Below, one piece after another: positions 33,598-37,020 of a stretch of DNA of 37,020 nucleotides; the first letter of the stretch is position 1; the number at the start of each line of letters is the position of its first letter. Under the pieces are notes generated by a model. It saw only the letters and a program-made list of their open reading frames with translations. It ran no database searches and had not been told where the DNA came from. The stretch is from NCBI RefSeq assembly GCF_001194135.2, contig NC_068991.1:64270094-64307113 (forward strand). Reading direction: 5' to 3'. A program made the position numbers and the translations under genes. This DNA is from Octopus bimaculoides (lineage: Eukaryota).

Positions 33598-36057
33598 CAT
33601 ACAGTCTTGCTGCCGAAATTGTTGACTCCGGTTAACGGTACATAAATCTTGCATAACATCTTTTCATAAAAGTTACTGAGAGGCTGAGATCATAATCTCA
33701 GTCTCTATTGCATAAACTAAAAATATTTGTGTTTCATTTTAGAAACTGTTAAATTTGCCTCGTGTAGCGTATAGTACTTAAATTGTTTCGATTTTCAATG
33801 TTATCGAATTTCACTTTCCCAAATGTAAAACTTACAATCGTGACATTTTGTTACCTTGTCTGTGTCAACGATATCTCATCTGACTCATTTTGCATTTACT
33901 TATCAAGTGATTGAATAATCTCCAGCAATCTCATATGTATCGCGTGACTTTTCATCTACTTGTTATGACAATATATTTGAGTAAGTGTCCTCAGTTATTT
34001 TGAAAGTCTATCTGCAAAAAGATTTTATCTTAAGATTTAAGATTATATCTTAAATCTTACTCAGTGATATGGTACCTTAAGAACAGAAAACTCGGCCAAC
34101 TACTATCAATTGAATTAACTCCGTTAAAGACACCACGAGGACAAAAGGATTTAAATTTCAATAGCGCATTCTACCGAGCTGTGTTTATTCACTATAAGGT
34201 GCAGCGACCATGTTCCATATGCGTTTTTCGTTACCTTTTTTTATTTTGTCTTTTTTTTTAGATGATATATTCAACTAGTCCTCTGTTTATAACCTGAAAT
34301 AGGATGGATTCCAGCATACAAATCCATCCTACAGAATGTCTAATTTATAGTTAATGGCTGTCACTGCTGAACATATATTCGAACCGTTAAAGGATCAGAG
34401 GCTGAATTCTCAAACTGTCTAGTGTAATAACTTAGCATCGAGCGATGAAACTGGCACAGTTTTGCATGAAATGTTTAAACACCCAATTGAAATCAATAGT
34501 ATGGTAATGAAGACGCAAGGAATACCGTAAAATACTGACATGAAGCAAAGTACATGATTTAAATCCCATTAGCGTTCGATTTTAATTTGTATTTCAGAAT
34601 ATTTTCTGTATTATCGAAGGAAAACAAGCGAAAAATCTCTTCATCTTCGAATTTCTGATGAAACGTCGATAGAAATCTCCATTTAGAAACAGCGCAATAA
34701 TAATGATTTCCTGTATCTTTGATCTTTAGAATGCGCTAGAATATAGAATATTGAATAAAGCACGTACGCATACATACTGCCGTTATGGCAATACACTTTT
34801 CGACCTTAAAATGATAACATTCTAATATCGAATGAGAAATAATAGAGACTTTAAAAAGTCAAGGTAGGTATATTATGTGTATTATCTTGCAGTCCGATTC
34901 ACTTGTATTGTGACAGTAAAACCACTGTAACATATAATAATACAGACAGATATTCCATAGACAAATAAATTATGTACGATGCACGTGATTTTAGATTATA
35001 TATATAATATTGTGTATATCAGACACAAAGAAGGTTAATGCGTTCATATTTCAATCCACTGCCAGCATCACAATCCGGTTTTGTCAAATAATTCCGCTCA
35101 ATTTACTTTAGAATATAGACGTGTATTTGATAAGAATACACTAAGCTAAAGGTTACAGCGAATGAATCCAACTACAAAAACAAAACAAGACAAAGCCAAA
35201 ACAATAGCAAAAGAAATACAGAGAGAGAGGGGGAGAGAGAGAGAGTTTGCTAAATGATAAAGAGGAAACGGTGTAGGAGCCTGCAAAACAGACGGGGAAT
35301 GATGAAAAACGGGTTAATTGGTTTTTACTAAATTTACTAACAGTGAAAATAAAATGATTTTAATGAGAAAGCGGTATTGCTGTAGATGGTGCTTAGCCTG
35401 AAATTGGTTCTGATCGAAAAGAGATTTTTGACCAACAGCGTTCCAGGCACAAAGATTAAATATTTTTGTATAACTAGAAATACAATATGTAATATCCTTC
35501 CCTTTTTTTAAGTGTTTTATTTGAGAGATTTAGTTTGCGATTTTGGTAGTCTAAGCAAACCAAGTAGACTGACTTCTTTGGTTCTTTTCTGGATTACAGA
35601 GATAGGAGCGGGGAAAGCGAGAATCAATCACACCTCATCCAAAACAATTTATTTGGCAGATTCGGCTCAGTTTCCGCTCGTTGATTTCCACTCAGAAGAC
35701 TTGAGTCGACCCGAGCAGAGGACACATGTCCAGCGTGCTGTATATTTTGAACATACTTAGATACTTGATAATAAAACGACTATTTTAACTACACGACCTC
35801 GCTTGCTCGCATAAATTCTATCGGATTAATATAATGATTCTTTGGATACGGTATCAGACTTTTCTCGGAGTCAGCCTAGGAAGGTGATATTTTAAGTTAC
35901 CTTTCCCAGGTAAACTCGATGCATTCGTGTCTCCGGGCCTCGAGGAAACACTTGTCTCTTACGGATGCAATGAAGTCCAGAACCCGGCAAACAAGTGGAA
36001 GTGCATTATTTATATATAACAGCTGGATGGAAAGGAAAGTTGTACACAGTATCTCAC

Positions 36058-36227
36058 CATGGTCATTGTTTAGAAATTAGTGTACAACAGTTTCTACACA
36101 ACACTAATTAAAACAATGCACTTGCGTAATAATCACACTGTGGCCTACTAAATATCTGTGGACGACATCCTAGAAATTCTACTGATGAACAACTTTGCTA
36201 CACCATGTGATCTTGTAGGAACCAAAA
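36058..36227 (-). other. Candidate 5' exon of the calmodulin-like gene ending at the start codon (ATG|gtgag)
   Basis: Strong pyrimidine tract ttttctctatttctttatatctttatttacttag upstream; ends aacaATGaccATG|gtgagat. Animal calmodulin genes typically have an intron immediately after the ATG. Not linked to the coding exon by transcript evidence. Confidence 0.33.
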
Positions 36228-37020
36228 CTAAGTAAATAAAGATATAAAGAAATAGAGAAAACAAATGACTTCGTTGGGATTCAGGCTGAGATATATAAAC
36301 CAGGAATGAAGTACCAACAACAACGTATGAACGAGAATTTCGCTAAACTGAATATGAGAAGAAATACCAGCTGACCACAGGGATGCGACCATTTTTCTTA
36401 CTTCAAGAAAGGAGTAAAAGCAAAATTCCTGCATTGGTCAACCGCTGGGATTACTTTTGATAGGAATCTTCATTAACCGACATACCCCACTGTAATAGAC
36501 ACACCGTGCCACAATCTCACTTTGGGTTTTTCGCACACTATGATCCCGATTCGTATTACCATAGCTCGTGGGCTAGAGAAGAAATAACATTAGTCGCTCA
36601 TAGTGTTCATGGTTAACTGAGTTCTCTCAGAAAGTTTAATGTCTACAAAACTTTAGCGATATCATGCAACATCTGCACACCAGAAACTCTGACATGACAA
36701 ATTAGTCATCCATCTAACAGTTCTCTTATTTAACCCATAGCTGGAGAGGGAAGAAAAAGCTTGTGTCACTTAAAATGTTTTCACGGTTTTTCAAATTAGG
36801 TAGGAGGAAGCAAGCGAGGTATTTTGAAACTAGACAACTGACTAGAATGCTTGCAACAGAGTGACGTCCGCTAAAGGCAAGCCATTATCACTCTAGTTTA
36901 TTTTTGTAAATGCAACAATTATCCTTAACTTATGTTGTGAGATAGACTTAGGTTTGTGCTTATATATACCAATATACGTACATGCATATATGCATTCACA
37001 AACATACACAAAGCGATATA

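Noticed and set aside
34650-34690. CTGATGA...GAAATCTC hammerhead-like spacing
   Set aside because: No stem II or stem I pairing.
35250-35292. Good minus-strand acceptor (tctgttttgcag) followed by GCT and 31 open nucleotides, like calmodulin exon 2
   Set aside because: No GT donor at the end of the 31 nt, and the peptide (APTPFPLYHL) is unlike the CaM N-terminus.

Overview
AT-rich, microsatellite-dense eukaryotic DNA from a gapped assembly (7 N-runs, nearly all flanked by simple repeats). The repeat landscape looks like an octopod cephalopod; that is my inference from recalled SINE families, not a database result. The only well-supported host coding sequence is a 144-bp minus-strand exon (30212-30355) of a divergent calmodulin-like EF-hand gene. 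Its phase 1/1 boundaries match calmodulin exon 3. I found no downstream EF-hand exon, so most of 1-30211 is probably one very large intron, unless exons lie in gaps. The rest is transposon-derived: about 20 tRNA-derived SINE copies from three families, including two clusters with opposite-orientation copies, three RTE-clade LINE 3' fragments, a HERO-like RLE retrotransposon remnant, a hAT/Charlie MITE with TSD, a Helentron-associated (HINE-like) element and a 248-bp foldback element. Two degenerate minimal hammerhead-ribozyme-like motifs of the Penelope type are also present. I found no CRISPR array, rRNA or intact tRNA gene, and no strongly supported novel multi-gene system. All alignments and counts were done by eye.
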